Source: Spirogloea muscicola (Eukaryota). From it: a stretch of 64,000 bases of DNA. The number at the start of each line of letters is the position of its first letter. The stretch's first letter is position 1. Below, one piece after another: positions 35,598-47,155 of the stretch. The notes beneath the pieces were generated by a model. The model searched no databases. It had not been told where the DNA came from and saw only the letters and a program-made list of their open reading frames with translations. The translations under genes and the position numbers were made by a program. Where the stretch lies: NCBI GenBank assembly GCA_009602725.1, contig WELB01000016.1, positions 807,790 through 871,789 of the forward strand, written 5' to 3'.

Positions 35598-38534
35598 CGA
35601 ATGGAGCTGGAAAGTCAGAGCCCAACAGATGATAGACGAGGTCCGAAACGGGCCTGGGCCTCAGCTCTTACTTCATATTGTTTCTACGGTTCTTCATTTT
35701 AGGTACAGAAGTTGGTCCAGGGGGCCAGACTGGGAAGGGAATATGGGATCTCTTCAAATCGGATTCGTCGGCGATCGCGCCGCCCGCATCGGGCTGGCGG
35801 GGGCAGCCAGTGTTTGCGGCCACACCGCAGGTTGTCGTCGGCCGCTTCCGTTTGCCTTCACACTTCGCTGTCTCAGTCCTTAGCACTCCGACTCCTTCAG
35901 ACCTTGTCCATTCTTCTGGGCTGGCCTCTCCCAGCCACCAGTTAATCTGGCCGCGCTTGCTCTTCACAGCAAGCGGAAACGTCGAGCTTTGTCCACTCTT
36001 CTTGCTTGCTGGCCAATCACAGCAATCGCCTGCTACTGGAAAGAGCCTTGCCTCTTCATTCAAACACGGCCGGCCTGCAACCCATTCTGTGCATCTATTC
36101 AACTCTAGGCTGGACCGTTTCCAGGCATCTGAAGAAAGAAGCAAGCGCGGCCAGGTTAAGTGGTGGCTGGGAGAGGCCAGCCCAAAGGAAGGGACAAGGT
36201 CTGAGGGAGCCGGAGTGCTAAGGACTGAGACAGCAGCAAGAGGACTCTCAGTAACCTCTAGTCAGTAGATGCAAATCTGAATTGCTAGCAGGCGGAAAAG
36301 ACGTCGCCCTGACGGAAACCGGAGGCCGCCGCCAGAGCGCGGCCTGCGCGCAAGTGGACCGCAAAAGCTAGGGACCGCTGCAAAGAGACGGCTAAGCGCA
36401 TCCGGAAGACTTTGAAGAAAGTGAGCGCCCACAGAGAAGGCCGACACGATCCCTTGCCGACCTTCCTCACAGCCACGACCTTTCATGAAGAATCCACCGC
36501 CTTCTCTCTCGGAGCTCGCCTGCCCTCGATACTGATCGCAGTCTTCATTGAGGCTGGGACACAGATTTGAAAGCGGAGAAGCTGCCCAGGAAGAGCAAGC
36601 GCGGCCAGATTGACTGGTGGCTGGGAGAGGCCAGCCCAAAGGAATGGACAAGGTCAGATGGGAGCGATGGGACTGAAGAAAGAGAAGTGGCACTCCCAAT
36701 GCTGGCAAGGGCTGTGGAAAGCCAGCCCGAAAAGAACTGACAAAGACTGAAGAGCAATTCTTCCAAAGGGTGCAGGCTGTAGAATCAAGAAAGGCGCGCG
36801 GTGCGCATGCATTGAAAGGATGGTCAAAGCAAGCTAGTACATTGTCTGTAAGAAGAACTACGAAATGCTTAGAGATACAGAAGTAAGCTCTTCGAGGGGG
36901 GCCAATGTTGTGAGAGCCCAGCCCCAAAGGAATGTAGACTCTTCCAGTAGAGGGCGATAGATGTGATTGGCCAGCCCAGTTAGAAATGAACAAGCTTCAA
37001 CAGGAATGCAGACAAGGTCCAAGGAGTAGACAGCACAAAAGCTGAGTCCACAAAGACTAGGTTTAGAACTTCGGAAATATAGAACACCACCGAAGTCTGC
37101 TGTGAAAGGCCAGCACGATGTATTTGGACACGGTTCTAAGGAGATGGCTGCTGGCCGCTGTCTTCTCTTCGGGTTTCGTCATTGTTCTGGCTTGTCAATA
37201 TCGATGCTTCTTACAAGGGTCCGATCTATCTTGGAAGACCAGTTTTGGAATGCTATGACCTCATCCATCTTCTGTGATGGCCTTCGCACCCTGCTTACAA
37301 AGAAATAAAAGGAAGGACGCCCTCTCTTTACAGAGAGCACTTCATCCACACATCCAAAGAAGACAGCTCTTGCAAATTAAGGCGATAGCAGTGTGAGGCC
37401 AGCCCAAGTTCTGATTCAGGATGACGCCAAACGGGAGATCGAAAGTCCAGGCTCAATGGGGACGACCGCTCTGGCCGGGCGCAAACGTGACGCCCCCCCC
37501 CGCAAGACCGTACAACCATTTCTTTCAGCTTTTCGTCCTGTTACCCCCCCACATTCACATCATCGCGCTACTGAAAAGCATCGTCCCTCATTCGCCCTAT
37601 GTGCGGACTTTCTTGTGACCTCTTTCTTTCTCTTGCAGCCGCCTGTGCCACTTATCACCTTCGTTCTCGCTGGACCCCTTCTCTGATGTGCCTTCCACGC
37701 CTTCGCTGGGCTTCTAGCAGGCACGACCAGGTGGGCTGGACCCTGCGCAGCGACCTGCCTCGGTCTACCCCTGCAGCTTGGGGTTTGTAAGCTTCGTTTG
37801 CATTGCGCTTCCCCTTCTCCGAACCGTCGTCAAATGGTCCGGCTCCCCGCAGCTTCATCCGCCCTTTCCTCGGAGCGGACGGTGCTGGAGGCGCGGGCGC
37901 TGCCCCGCCGGGACGCTAGGCCCGCTGGAGCCGTCGATCGCCTCGACATCGACGGCAGCCGGGCGCGTACCCTATTCGACGATCAATCGGCGGGGCTTGG
38001 CAACGAAGGCTGACGTGGGCCTGCTGGAGGGGGGGTCCACCCAGCGTTGGTACACGGAAATGATCAAGCCATTCTCCAGTCACACGACTGAAGCGAGGCC
38101 GGCGAGTTCCCGGGCCCCCGGAGCCGGAGTCGGGGCCCCCGCCGCACCACGTCTCCGGGTCCGGGGCCGGGCCCCAACCCCGGGGGGTGCCCCCCCGCCC
38201 TCCCTCCTCCCTCTCTCATCCCTCCTCTTTCTCCCTCCTCGGAAGCGAGGGGTTGCACTTACAGCAGCGCTATTTTCGGGGAGAGAGGCTTCGCTCCCGC
38301 CGCCCCCAGCCTTCCTCTTCCCGCCTCCCTCCTCCCAGCGGGCCTACGCCTGGTAAGCGCATTGCTTTGAGAATGGAGAGGGGGGTCGGACGGTTCCTCC
38401 CCTCCCTTTCCTCGTTTCCCTCTCCTCTTCCCCGCCCAGGCTGTCCCGACGCGCCGCATAGCCGCCTTTGCGCTCCCGCCGCCGCTGCGGCCGCGCCGCC
38501 GCCGCCGCCGCCGCCGCTGCCGTCGTGAAAAAGA

Positions 38535-38717
38535 ATGGCCGGGCCGAAGCGCTGGTCCCGATCCATGGCTGACATGCCGTGGGCGGGGCCCCGACGCTGG
38601 TCGCTGCTGAGGCCCGCTGCCACGGCTCGCGGCGGCCGCGGCGCCGCCCCGTCTGAGGGCGGCTGCCCCTCGGACCTCGTCTTCCTCGCCGGCGGGGGCC
38701 GCGCGGCCTCGCCGTAG
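38535..38717 (+). promoter_or_regulatory. Conserved-peptide uORF of GGP/VTC2 (ascorbate feedback uORF), 60 aa
   Basis: Encodes GGRGAAPSEGGCPSDLVFLAGGG, matching the land-plant GGP uORF core (GGRGAxPSEGGxPSDLLFLAGGG). It stops 104 nt before the VTC2 AUG. Confidence 0.9.
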
Positions 38718-38821
38718 TGGAGCTGCGGCCGCCGCCTCTCCCGCTTCCAGCGCACATCGCGCACATCGCGGCCTCCTCGTCAGCCTCGCAACGTCGTGCG
38801 TCGTCGCCAAGCTCCGCAGCG

Positions 38822-41800
38822 ATGTTGACCCTCCGCCGTGTCCCGACGCTCCTGTCGCTCCGCCAGGACGACCTCATCTGTGGCAAGGACTGCCTCGCCG
38901 AGTGCTGCCTCGCCGGTGAGCCGACCTCAGACTCCCTCCGCCCTCTGCAGTGCGCCGCAGAAGTGCGCCGGCAGCTCGTCAAGCTCGTGCACTCCCCGCC
39001 CAGGTCGGCTGCAGCTGCCATTGCTACTCGACAAGTAGCTCCTGCAGCATCTGCGTCAAACGATGAGAATGTCGACCATGACGCCGCTGCCTGCGCTGAC
39101 GATGATGGCCGCCGTCTTCTGTTCCAATGACTGTCCTGCAGGGGCGATGCTGCCGCTCTACAGCTTTGCGCGGCGATATTCTGTCAAGCCCAAGCGTGTG
39201 CGCTCGTTCGGCGACCTGCACACCGTGCCAGACGTTCTGCACGATCCCGACAGCCCCAGTGCTGGCGGCGCCATCGACTGGGTGGCAGAGGAGCTCGAGA
39301 AGAGCCTTTTTGACACGTTGCTTCTATCGCAGGTGCAGCACCTTCTGCTGTCGTCATCCTGTCCAACGCCTGCGCTGCCAAAGCCAGTGCTTACGGTCGT
39401 GGTTGCCTGTGCCTGGATCTTAGACTCCTTCTCAGCTGCGCTGATCGATTGGCAATGTCTAGACAGTCCTGGCTCCTGCTAGGAAGAAATTAGGGGTTCA
39501 GGCAAAGGGTTCCCGTACTGGTTGCCTTTCCTCCTCGCAGCTCATCGTGGGGCTCACCGCCAGCTTGACGTGCCTTTCTTGGTGTGTAGTGGGAGGAGCG
39601 GATGGAGCAGGGCCTCTTCCGCTATGACGTCACTGCTTGCGAGACCAAGGTTCGGCTTCCCTCGTGCTGTCAGCTCCTGCCACAGTTTCATCCACTTGAT
39701 GATGCTGTGGCCTGTATACCTGCTGGCTTTGTCGTTGTCGATCTGTACAAGGCCTGTATCAGGCGCTTCTATGAGCCGCCCTTCTTTGGTCAGCTTATTG
39801 TGTGGCCGCTAAGATGAGGAGAGAGGCCTTGGTGGTGAAGACTCACCTCCCGTGGCAAGCTATCGCTGTGCAGGTCCTACCTGGAGAGTACGGGTTCATC
39901 GCTCAGCTCAATGAAGGGAGGCACTCGAAGAAGCGGCCGACCGAGTTCAAGGTGGACCGCGTGTTACAGGACTTTGACGGCACCAAGTTCAACTTCACCA
40001 AGGTCGGCCAGGAGGAGGTGCTGTTCCGCTTTGAGGAGTCCGAGGACGGGCGCAGCGGCTTCCAGGAAGAGGCCCCCCTCTGGGACTCCCCTAATGTCGT
40101 CGTCATCAATGTGAGTGCTAGCTGCTCACGTGCTGTTCCGGTTACCTGGCATTTGTCCGCTTGCCAAGTGGGAGGAATTGCTTTAGATAGACTAGATAGG
40201 TAATTTTAGATAGACTAGATAGATAATTAGACTACACTCTGTCCATTAGCAGCACCTCCTGCTGTGCTGTGCCGTGCTGCTGTGCCGCTGTTTCTGGTTA
40301 CGGCGGTGTCGTAGTTGGCTCTCAGCGGTGGTCTCGGTCGCTGCCCAAGCTCTGCACTGATCTCATGCAGCCCCATTTCTGTTTCTCTTCGCAGGTGAGT
40401 CCTATCGAGTATGGACACGTGCTGCTGGTGCCGCGCGTTCTGGACCGGCACCCGCAGAGCATCTCGGCGGACAAGCTGCTCCTGGCGCTGCATATGGCGT
40501 TGGAGGCCGACAACCCCTACTTCCGCCTTGGCTACAACTCCCTCGGCGCGTTCGCCACCATCAACCACCTGCACTTCCAGGTGGGTGCTGCAGCAGCAGC
40601 CCATGCTGTAGCTACTTCTGCGCTCGTTTGTTCGCTACTGCTGTTGCTGCTACCGCTGCTGCAGCACACGCCCAGTACGCGCAAGCGCTCATACGCATCA
40701 TTGCTTCCTGAAAGATTATGTATTGGAGTCCAATTAGTTGCGTATTCTTATGACAGTCGGACTCATGCCTCTACTTTGAGAGTTGCTGCTTTGGAAGCCT
40801 CAATCTGTCAGCTCATGTGTGGCAAGGCTGTTGAGAGTTGGCGCTCTGGCTCAGTTAGTGAATGTTGTGGCACATCTGCAGGCATACTACCTCACGGCAC
40901 CATTTCCGGTGGAGCGTGCTCCAACGCACCGTGTGCCACAGGGCAAGCGCAAGCGTGGCGTCAAGATCTCCGAGCTGCGCCAGTACCCGGTGCGCGGGCT
41001 CGTTTTTGAGGTTAGCAGCTCCTTGGAGGAGCTTGCTGCGGTTGTCGCTGGCGCCGCTTGTCGCTTGGAGAGCGAGAATGTGCCCTTCAACATCCTCATC
41101 GCCGATCGCGGTGCCCGCGTCTTCCTTTTTCCCCAGGTTGGTTGCTTCCCTTGAGTTCATCCCCATCCATGAATTCCATCCCCAAAAATGTTCACATATT
41201 TGGCTAGGAAATCATTGATGTTCTTCTCCTATTCGCTGGGTTTCTCCTGCCGTGATCAAAGATAAGATTAGGTGTGATTATACTACTATATTAAGTTTTC
41301 ATGTGAGTCTCACCATATCGCAGCTGGCATGGTATGGCTCTTGGCCCCTGCGTCATGTTGCAACTTAGCAAGCATGGCATGGACAACGATCCCCATCAGC
41401 AATGCCGTCAACACCAACTTATTGTTATTGCAACACTCTTGTCTGTCTGCTGCAGTGCTTTGCGGAGCGGCAGGCGCGCAACGAGGTGGACTCCGAGATC
41501 CTGGCAACGCAGGTCAACCCTGCCGTGTGGGAGATCAGCGGGCACATTGTTCTCAAGCGCGCACAGGACTACGAGGGCGCGACTGAGGCGTCCGCCTGGC
41601 GCCTGCTCTCGGAGGTCTCCCTCTCTGCTGAGCGCTTCCAGGTGCGTAACTGGTCGGCGCAGCAGCACCGTGCATCAGGGCATACCCCCTAGCTGGCGCT
41701 TAGAGCAGTTGATGAGGGCTGCTGCTGATTGATGCAACTTTGGTCAAGCTTTGTGCAGAATTGTGACAGTTAAGACCTGAACTTGGCAGAAGAGGCCCGA

Positions 41801-42187
41801 GGTTCTTAAGCCCGTGTGTGTGCGGCCTTGTTGCGGGAGTGTCATCTGACTGGCACGTCGTATGATGTGGCAATGGCCTTCGCTTATCTGCAGGAGGTGA
41901 AGACCATCTGCCTTCGAGAGGCGGAAAAAGCGCTGCAGGACATTCTCCCAGCCCTCGTGGAGGCGGCAGTACGCCAGCCACCAGCGCCGGCTGCAGGCCC
42001 CGCCGGCTCGGAGGCTGTCGTGCGCCTCGCCAGTGCCAACGAGGAAGCGCTCGTCGTAGGCTCGGACTCCAGTGCAGCAGCTGGGCCCAAGCCCAAGTCT
42101 GTCGCTGCCAATATTCAGGACCTTGACCAGGTTGTGCCGCTCTCGCTCGACGCTGCAACTGCCACTCCGAGCCTGCTTAAGGCGTAA
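38822..42187 (+). CDS. VTC2: GDP-L-galactose phosphorylase; exons 38822-38915, 39142-39332, 39590-39649, 39874-40110, 40395-40580, 40882-41136, 41456-41641, 41894-42187
   Basis: MLTLRRVPTL..CGKDCLAECC, WEERMEQGLFRYDVTACETK, AQLNEGRHSKKRPTEF, INVSPIEYGHVLL, GYNSLGAFATINHLHFQ (HIT-like HxHxQ) and QVNPAVWEISGH. Confidence 0.97.
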
Positions 42188-42998
42188 ATGGCTGGCGGCC
42201 TCGCCTTTACGCGCTCCATTGCGCAAGCCTCCCAGGTCCTCTGGGAGGGGACAGCACTTTTCTCTCCTCTTCTTGAGCGGCCATGCAGCCACTCTTGTGT
42301 CCTCCCCTATCTCGTGTTTCAGTTCAGCCGTTTCAAGTCAGTGGGCAGTCGGAATAGTCCCGTGTCAGTGAGACTTTGTGTCGATAAGACTTGTCAGATT
42401 GCGGCTGTTTGATTAGTGCATGCACTTCTTTGTGGTATCAAGTTGGAGTGTCCCTGTCCTCTGCTCTCCTTGCGTCTCTTTCCTTCTGCTCGTGCCTTTG
42501 TGCAAAGGCGTGCTTCTTCAACTTCCTCCATTTCCTCCCTCCCTCCCCTTCCCCCCCCCCCCATAACAGCGGGCTTGCCTTCATCTGCCTTACTCTCTGT
42601 CCTACTAAATTCTGTGATGTCCTGGTCTCTCTCAAGGCAAAACAACTGCAGAAGGTAATTCTCATTGTGAGCGCCTGCCTCAGCAGTGCTTGCATTTGCT
42701 CATTCCGCTTGGCAAGAACAAGCTGTCCACAAAGGTTGAATGGTAGGACAAATGTGAACTTGCACATTCTCTTCAGTGGCAATGCATCACTGTCTATGCA
42801 AGTCATTTTAAGGATTGGTGAAAAGTGCTTCTGGTGTTGACTCAACAAATCAATCAATGTTCAAGTGTCAAAAATTGAAAGTGCAAAATCTAGTGACTGG
42901 AAGATCCAAAAGATTGCAAGCAGCTGCCAGTCACTGAAGCCTTGGTATAGGCCCTGCATGATATGCAATTTGTAGCGTGCTGTCGACATTCAAGACCG

Positions 42999-44930
42999 TC
43001 AGTATGGCCGGGAAGGTGCCGGTGCACGACAGCCGGCATTCACGCAATTCTGGCCTATGATAATTGGCACGGTCGTGTTGGCTGGCGGTTTGCCAGTAAA
43101 TTGATTGCCTTTGTATGTGCAGTTCTGAAGAACACAGCAGTCAGCGACGCAGTGAGTGCCAGTCAGTGTGATTCTGAGCAGATCAATGGTACATAAGGGG
43201 AAACCACGAAAGCCCACCACCAATTGAGCAGAGGGGAGGAAGAAAAGGGCAGGAAAGCAAGTAGCGACCTTGAGATTTGGCAGGAACCAGAGTGGCGACT
43301 GGCCGATGTCACCCACAAATCTGTTGAAGGATATATCAAGCTGGACGAGCGCAGTGAGGTTACTGGCGGCCTCCGGCAGAGTGCCACTGAGGCGGTTGGA
43401 GTCCAACTGCAGCACCTGCAGATGCCTGTGGGAGGAGCGTAGGTTGGGTGGCACGACAGTGGCGGCAGCTGCATCAGTCTCCTTGAGAGTTGGGCTTACG
43501 ACCTCGGGACACGCAGCCTGCTGCCCATCCCAAATTCGTCTGCCGCTCCAGATCAATGATTCAGGCAGTATCCCAGCTCCGTTTCGTAATGCTATCGCTA
43601 ATCACATATGCAAGTGCAATCTGTCAAGGCTGTTGACAATTCCTGCTAATATGCTTGCTGCACCATGCTTTCTGTGATCGAACGCCACAGTGTAGCCTGG
43701 GCAGTACAGCAGCAGACGCGGCATTAGGCAGCGGCAGTAGCAGTTGCGCCGACGACCCAGCGGGCTGCTGACCGGAGGTCGGTGATGGAGTCTGGGAGCG
43801 AGCCGGCGAGGCCGTTGACGCCCGCTATGAGCTCCACAAGTGTGGGGGCCATACTTCCGATGCTCGCCGGGATAGCGCCGCCCAGCCGGTTGTGCGCCAG
43901 CACCGCCAGCGACACCGGCGAGTGCCCCAGATTGGCCGGGATGGCGAACCGCAGCTGCGCGACAGAGGAGGCTGTGCGCCCCTGACGGTCAGCGATCGGC
44001 AATGACAGCGCACGGTGACGGCTGCGGCGGCCGCAAGGCTGGTGGGTCAACAGAGGTTGCAGCGGACCTGGTTGTGGTTGGCGGCGAGTACGTCGAGCTT
44101 AGCGTCGAGGAGGGCCGAAGGCAGCGGCCCGGAGAACGCATTGTGCCGCAGGTCCAGGAAGCGCAGCGCCGGGAGCTTGGCGGGCCACGCCGGCACGGGC
44201 CCCGAGAAGCGGTTCACCGACAGGTCGAGCTCGGCGAGCTTCGTGAGGCCGCTCAGGTCCGGCGGCGCGCCCTGGAAGGCGTTGCGGCTGAGGTGCAGGA
44301 AGCCAAGGTCCTGCAAAGGAGCGACGGCTGCTCAATCCCACAGCCAGCCTCTTCGTGATATAAGCTTGAGCCAAGAGCTGGCAATTCTCAGCCAGTTCGA
44401 GTACATCTGCCATCGGTGGAAAGTGGAAGTGATGGCCTGGCCCTGAGCCCTACACCCCTCTTCCTCTCCTTCTGACTTGCTGCTGCTGAAGTAGAGGTTA
44501 CTAAGTGAGTCACTAATGGACTTACTTAAGTGCCTATCCTACTCCCTTCCTCCATCCCCCTTTTCTCCTCGCCTCCTCTCTCACAGGCAGCGGGTGAATG
44601 CATGGGTAATGTACGCCATCAGATGTGCTTGCCGTTATGATAACCACTTAGGCCAACAATGCTCACAACACAAACAACATTTCTCACAGAGATTTGGCAC
44701 TGGCTGGCAGCCCACCGGGAGCATGAGCAGGGCGCGCTGGGGGAGCTTGCCGCCGAGGCCGACGCCGTTGAGGTCGAGGCCCGCGACGACGAAGGCGGGG
44801 TAGGGGGCCTCGCAGAAGACGCCGGGCCAGGCGCAGGGGTTTGCGCCGCTCCACGACCGCAGCGCCTTCTTCCCATTCCGCACTGACGTTCGGAAGAGTT
44901 GCAGGCCCGCCAGCACGCGCCGCTGCATCG
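42999..44930 (-). CDS. LRX-type leucine-rich-repeat protein without extensin tail; exons ~44930-44716, 44310-44068, 43954-43773, 43425-43269, 43124-42999; start uncertain
   Basis: LRR N-cap W.G.NPC.WPGVFC..VVAGLDLNG. Repeats ELDLSVNRFSG, LPALRFLDLRHNAFSG..LDVLAANHN|LRFAIPANLGHSPVSLAVLAHNRLGGAIPASIGSM follow the LRX family pattern. Confidence 0.8.
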
Positions 44931-44963
44931 CTGCTGCCAAATGGAAAGAAACTTAGCTAAGAT

Positions 44964-45152
44964 CTATTCTATGATGGTAAAGGTAGACTGTTTCAAAAAA
45001 TCAGTAAGTTGCTCATTGATAGACTCAGTCGGTGTTTCTTGTTCCGCAATAGAAGAAGGTATAGCTGGGTCAGCAGCTTTATGCAGTCCTTGTTCATACT
45101 TAGGAATGGCCGAAATTGGAATCCTGTATAGATAGTCTTTTACAACAGCATA
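44964..45152 (-). pseudogene. atp1: NUMT: 3' end of mitochondrial atp1 (ATP synthase alpha)
   Basis: AT-rich island translating to YAVVKDYLYRIPISAIPKYEQGLHKAADPAIPSSIAEQ..TESINEQLTDFLKQ*. This resembles the streptophyte mitochondrial Atp1 C-terminus as I recall it (IYAAVKGYLDxIPI..I..YE..LLK.IDP.IL..I..Q..ITE.I..QL..F). Confidence 0.65.
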
Positions 45153-45181
45153 GCAAATGAGAAGTCGTAATTCCACTGGAA

Positions 45182-45317
45182 GTGGAGAAGATTGGCGCCG
45201 CCGCCGCCAGACCACCAGCTACGACGGTTAGCTTCGAGGAGCACTGCTTCTGCCTCTCCCTCTGTGTTTCCCGCTTCACTTATCGCTTTGCAGTGATGGC
45301 GATGCCGCGGCAGGACG

Positions 45318-45360
<43 letters not shown>

Positions 45361-45366
45361 AGGGGA
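45182..45366 (+). CDS. Possible 5' start of an unknown gene running into the gap
   Basis: GT donor at 45227, pyrimidine tract and CAG at 45293, then ATG 45296 (MAMPRQDDGGGG...) into (GGC)n and Ns. Confidence 0.3.
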
Positions 45367-46109
45367 NNNNNNNNNNNNNNNNNNNNNNNNNNNNNNNNNN
45401 NNNNNNNNNNNNNNNNNNNNNNNNNNNNNNNNNNNNNNNNNNNNNNNNNNNNNNNNNNNNNNNNNNNNNNNNNNNNNNNNNNNNNNNNNNNNNNNNNNNN
45501 NNNNNNNNNNNNNNNNNNNNNNNNNNNNNNNNNNNNNNNNNNNNNNNNNNNNNNNNNNNNNNNNNNNNNNNNNNNNNNNNNNNNNNNNNNNNNGGCGGCG
45601 GGCGGCGGCGGCGGGGGGTGCCTGGCGATGGGGACGGTTCCGGGGGGGGTGTTTTCCCGGGTGGCCTTTCGGGCCAGAGGCGGCAAGCGAGGGGCGTGGT
45701 AAGCGACTGTGGGGCCCGCGGGGAGGGGGGGGCCTGCGGCGCGCAGAAGGACAGGCGGCTGGTAAGCGGCTGGTCTGCCGGCGGGGAGGGAGCGGCGGCC
45801 GCGCTGACCGCGTTGACCGGCCTCACCAGCCTGCCGCCCTTTCACCGTCGGATTATCTAAAATCGGACGACGTCAGTGGGGCTGAGCCGGTCAACGGGCC
45901 ACGCTAGATCACGTGGGCCGGCTGGCTGAGGTCAGCCCCGCTGACCCGGGCGGCAGCTGCCGGGCTCCCCCCGGCCTGGCTGAGGCCTGCCGTTCGATCC
46001 CAACGCTCATCACTGGCTAGACTCCCGCTTTTTCCGCCTTCACTTTTCCGCCTTCCTGGGCTGGGCCTTCAGGGGACCCGCTTCCAGGAACACAGTCTCT
46101 CAGACCTGA

Positions 46110-46500
46110 GGCTGCTTAGCAGGGGTTACTGAGTGCTTCGTAGCTGCTTCATTTCTTTTTGTGCTTATTGGTTCCCCTGGCCCCTTCTCGTCCTTTGTTC
46201 ATTCTTTTCTGGGCTGGCTTTTTCCAGCCCCTATCCTCCATGGGCGAGCCTTTCATCTTCGTGGGCTGGGCACTCACGGGCAGGTCGTGCCTTGGCTATT
46301 ACCTCCGGGCTCCGTCAGGGCGATGCTTTTCCGCCCTCCAGTGACTGTGCTCTCCACTTGCTGTCCAGAGGTCATTGAGCGCCCACTTAGAGGAGTAACG
46401 GAGAACAATATCCCGCTTTCTGCGACTTCCAGCCTATCAGGCCTTGTGTAGTCCTTTGGGCTGGCCTCTTACAGCCATTGCCTTACACAATAAGAGCTGT
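46110..46500 (+). mobile_element. Two tandem retroelement 3' fragments
   Basis: AGGGGTTACTGA (RGY*) plus a UTR module at 46175-46260, then the ORF end RAGRALAITSGLRQGDAFPPSSDCALHLLSRGH* (46378) plus a second UTR module. Confidence 0.75.
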
Positions 46501-47155
46501 TTGTATGGGCTGGCCACTGAAAGTGGGCTGGCCATTTCCGGATATGAGGTACTGGCAACCCTCGGCTTTCACAACCGGGGGGCCCGCTCGCATGGAGGTG
46601 GCGACCTCTGAGCCTCCTCGCCTCCCAGTTTGTTGTAAGCACAGCGCCAGAGGCACCACCTCGAGCGGCACTGCGAGAGCTCAGCGACAGTAGCCTATGA
46701 CGACCACGACCAGCACAGTGGCTGCCAAAATGCCGCCCCAGTGTGGCGCAGGTCGAGGTCGGAAGGGCTGCCTCCCAGCTCCCGGCTTAATATGGTAGAC
46801 ACTTCGCAAGCCCACCATCTATGCTCGTAGACAATATGGGCTTGATCGCCCAAGGGTTCAAGTGCCCCAAGGTCAAGGGTAGACACAGAACAAGGGGTGC
46901 CAAACTTCGCAATGGAGATGGACTTTTTGGCACCAGTCAAACAGGGATGGAGGGCTCCATGCTCTTCGGAGGATGAGTTGGTCGCAATGGCTGCAAAAAG
47001 GGCTCCCGGTCGCGGATGAGGATAAGTTGGTCACAAGAGGGGCCGGTTGCTGAGGGGTGAGCCGTGACAATGGGTCAACAAAGGCCCTGGGCATGAGGGC
47101 CCTGGAAGTCAAGCGAAGGTCAACCAGGTCGATGTTGACGATGCAACGTCAAACC

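Larger units (their letters stand above)
31540..37410. mobile_element. Dense nest of 5'-truncated RLE retrotransposon 3' ends in both orientations
   Basis: More than a dozen copies of the CCTTGTC(C/A)ATTC..GGGCTGGC..CAGCC..ATGGG/TTGGG..CACTTCTT module. ORF ends are SDLYVLTRGY* (31636, +) and FRMRLAVSLQRSLAFAVHLRAGRA (36285-36410, -). A second UTR module TTTCATGCGCACCGCGC recurs. Confidence 0.8.

Noticed and set aside
31540..37410. CRISPR-like array of recurring GGGCTGGC..CAGCC repeats
   Set aside because: Spacing is irregular, orientations are mixed, TSDs are present and the repeats link to a LINE C-terminus. There are no cas genes and the context is eukaryotic.
37780..38360. GC-rich ORFs upstream of the VTC2 uORF
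   Set aside because: Low-complexity open frames with no recognisable domain; likely promoter/5' UTR or decayed sequence.
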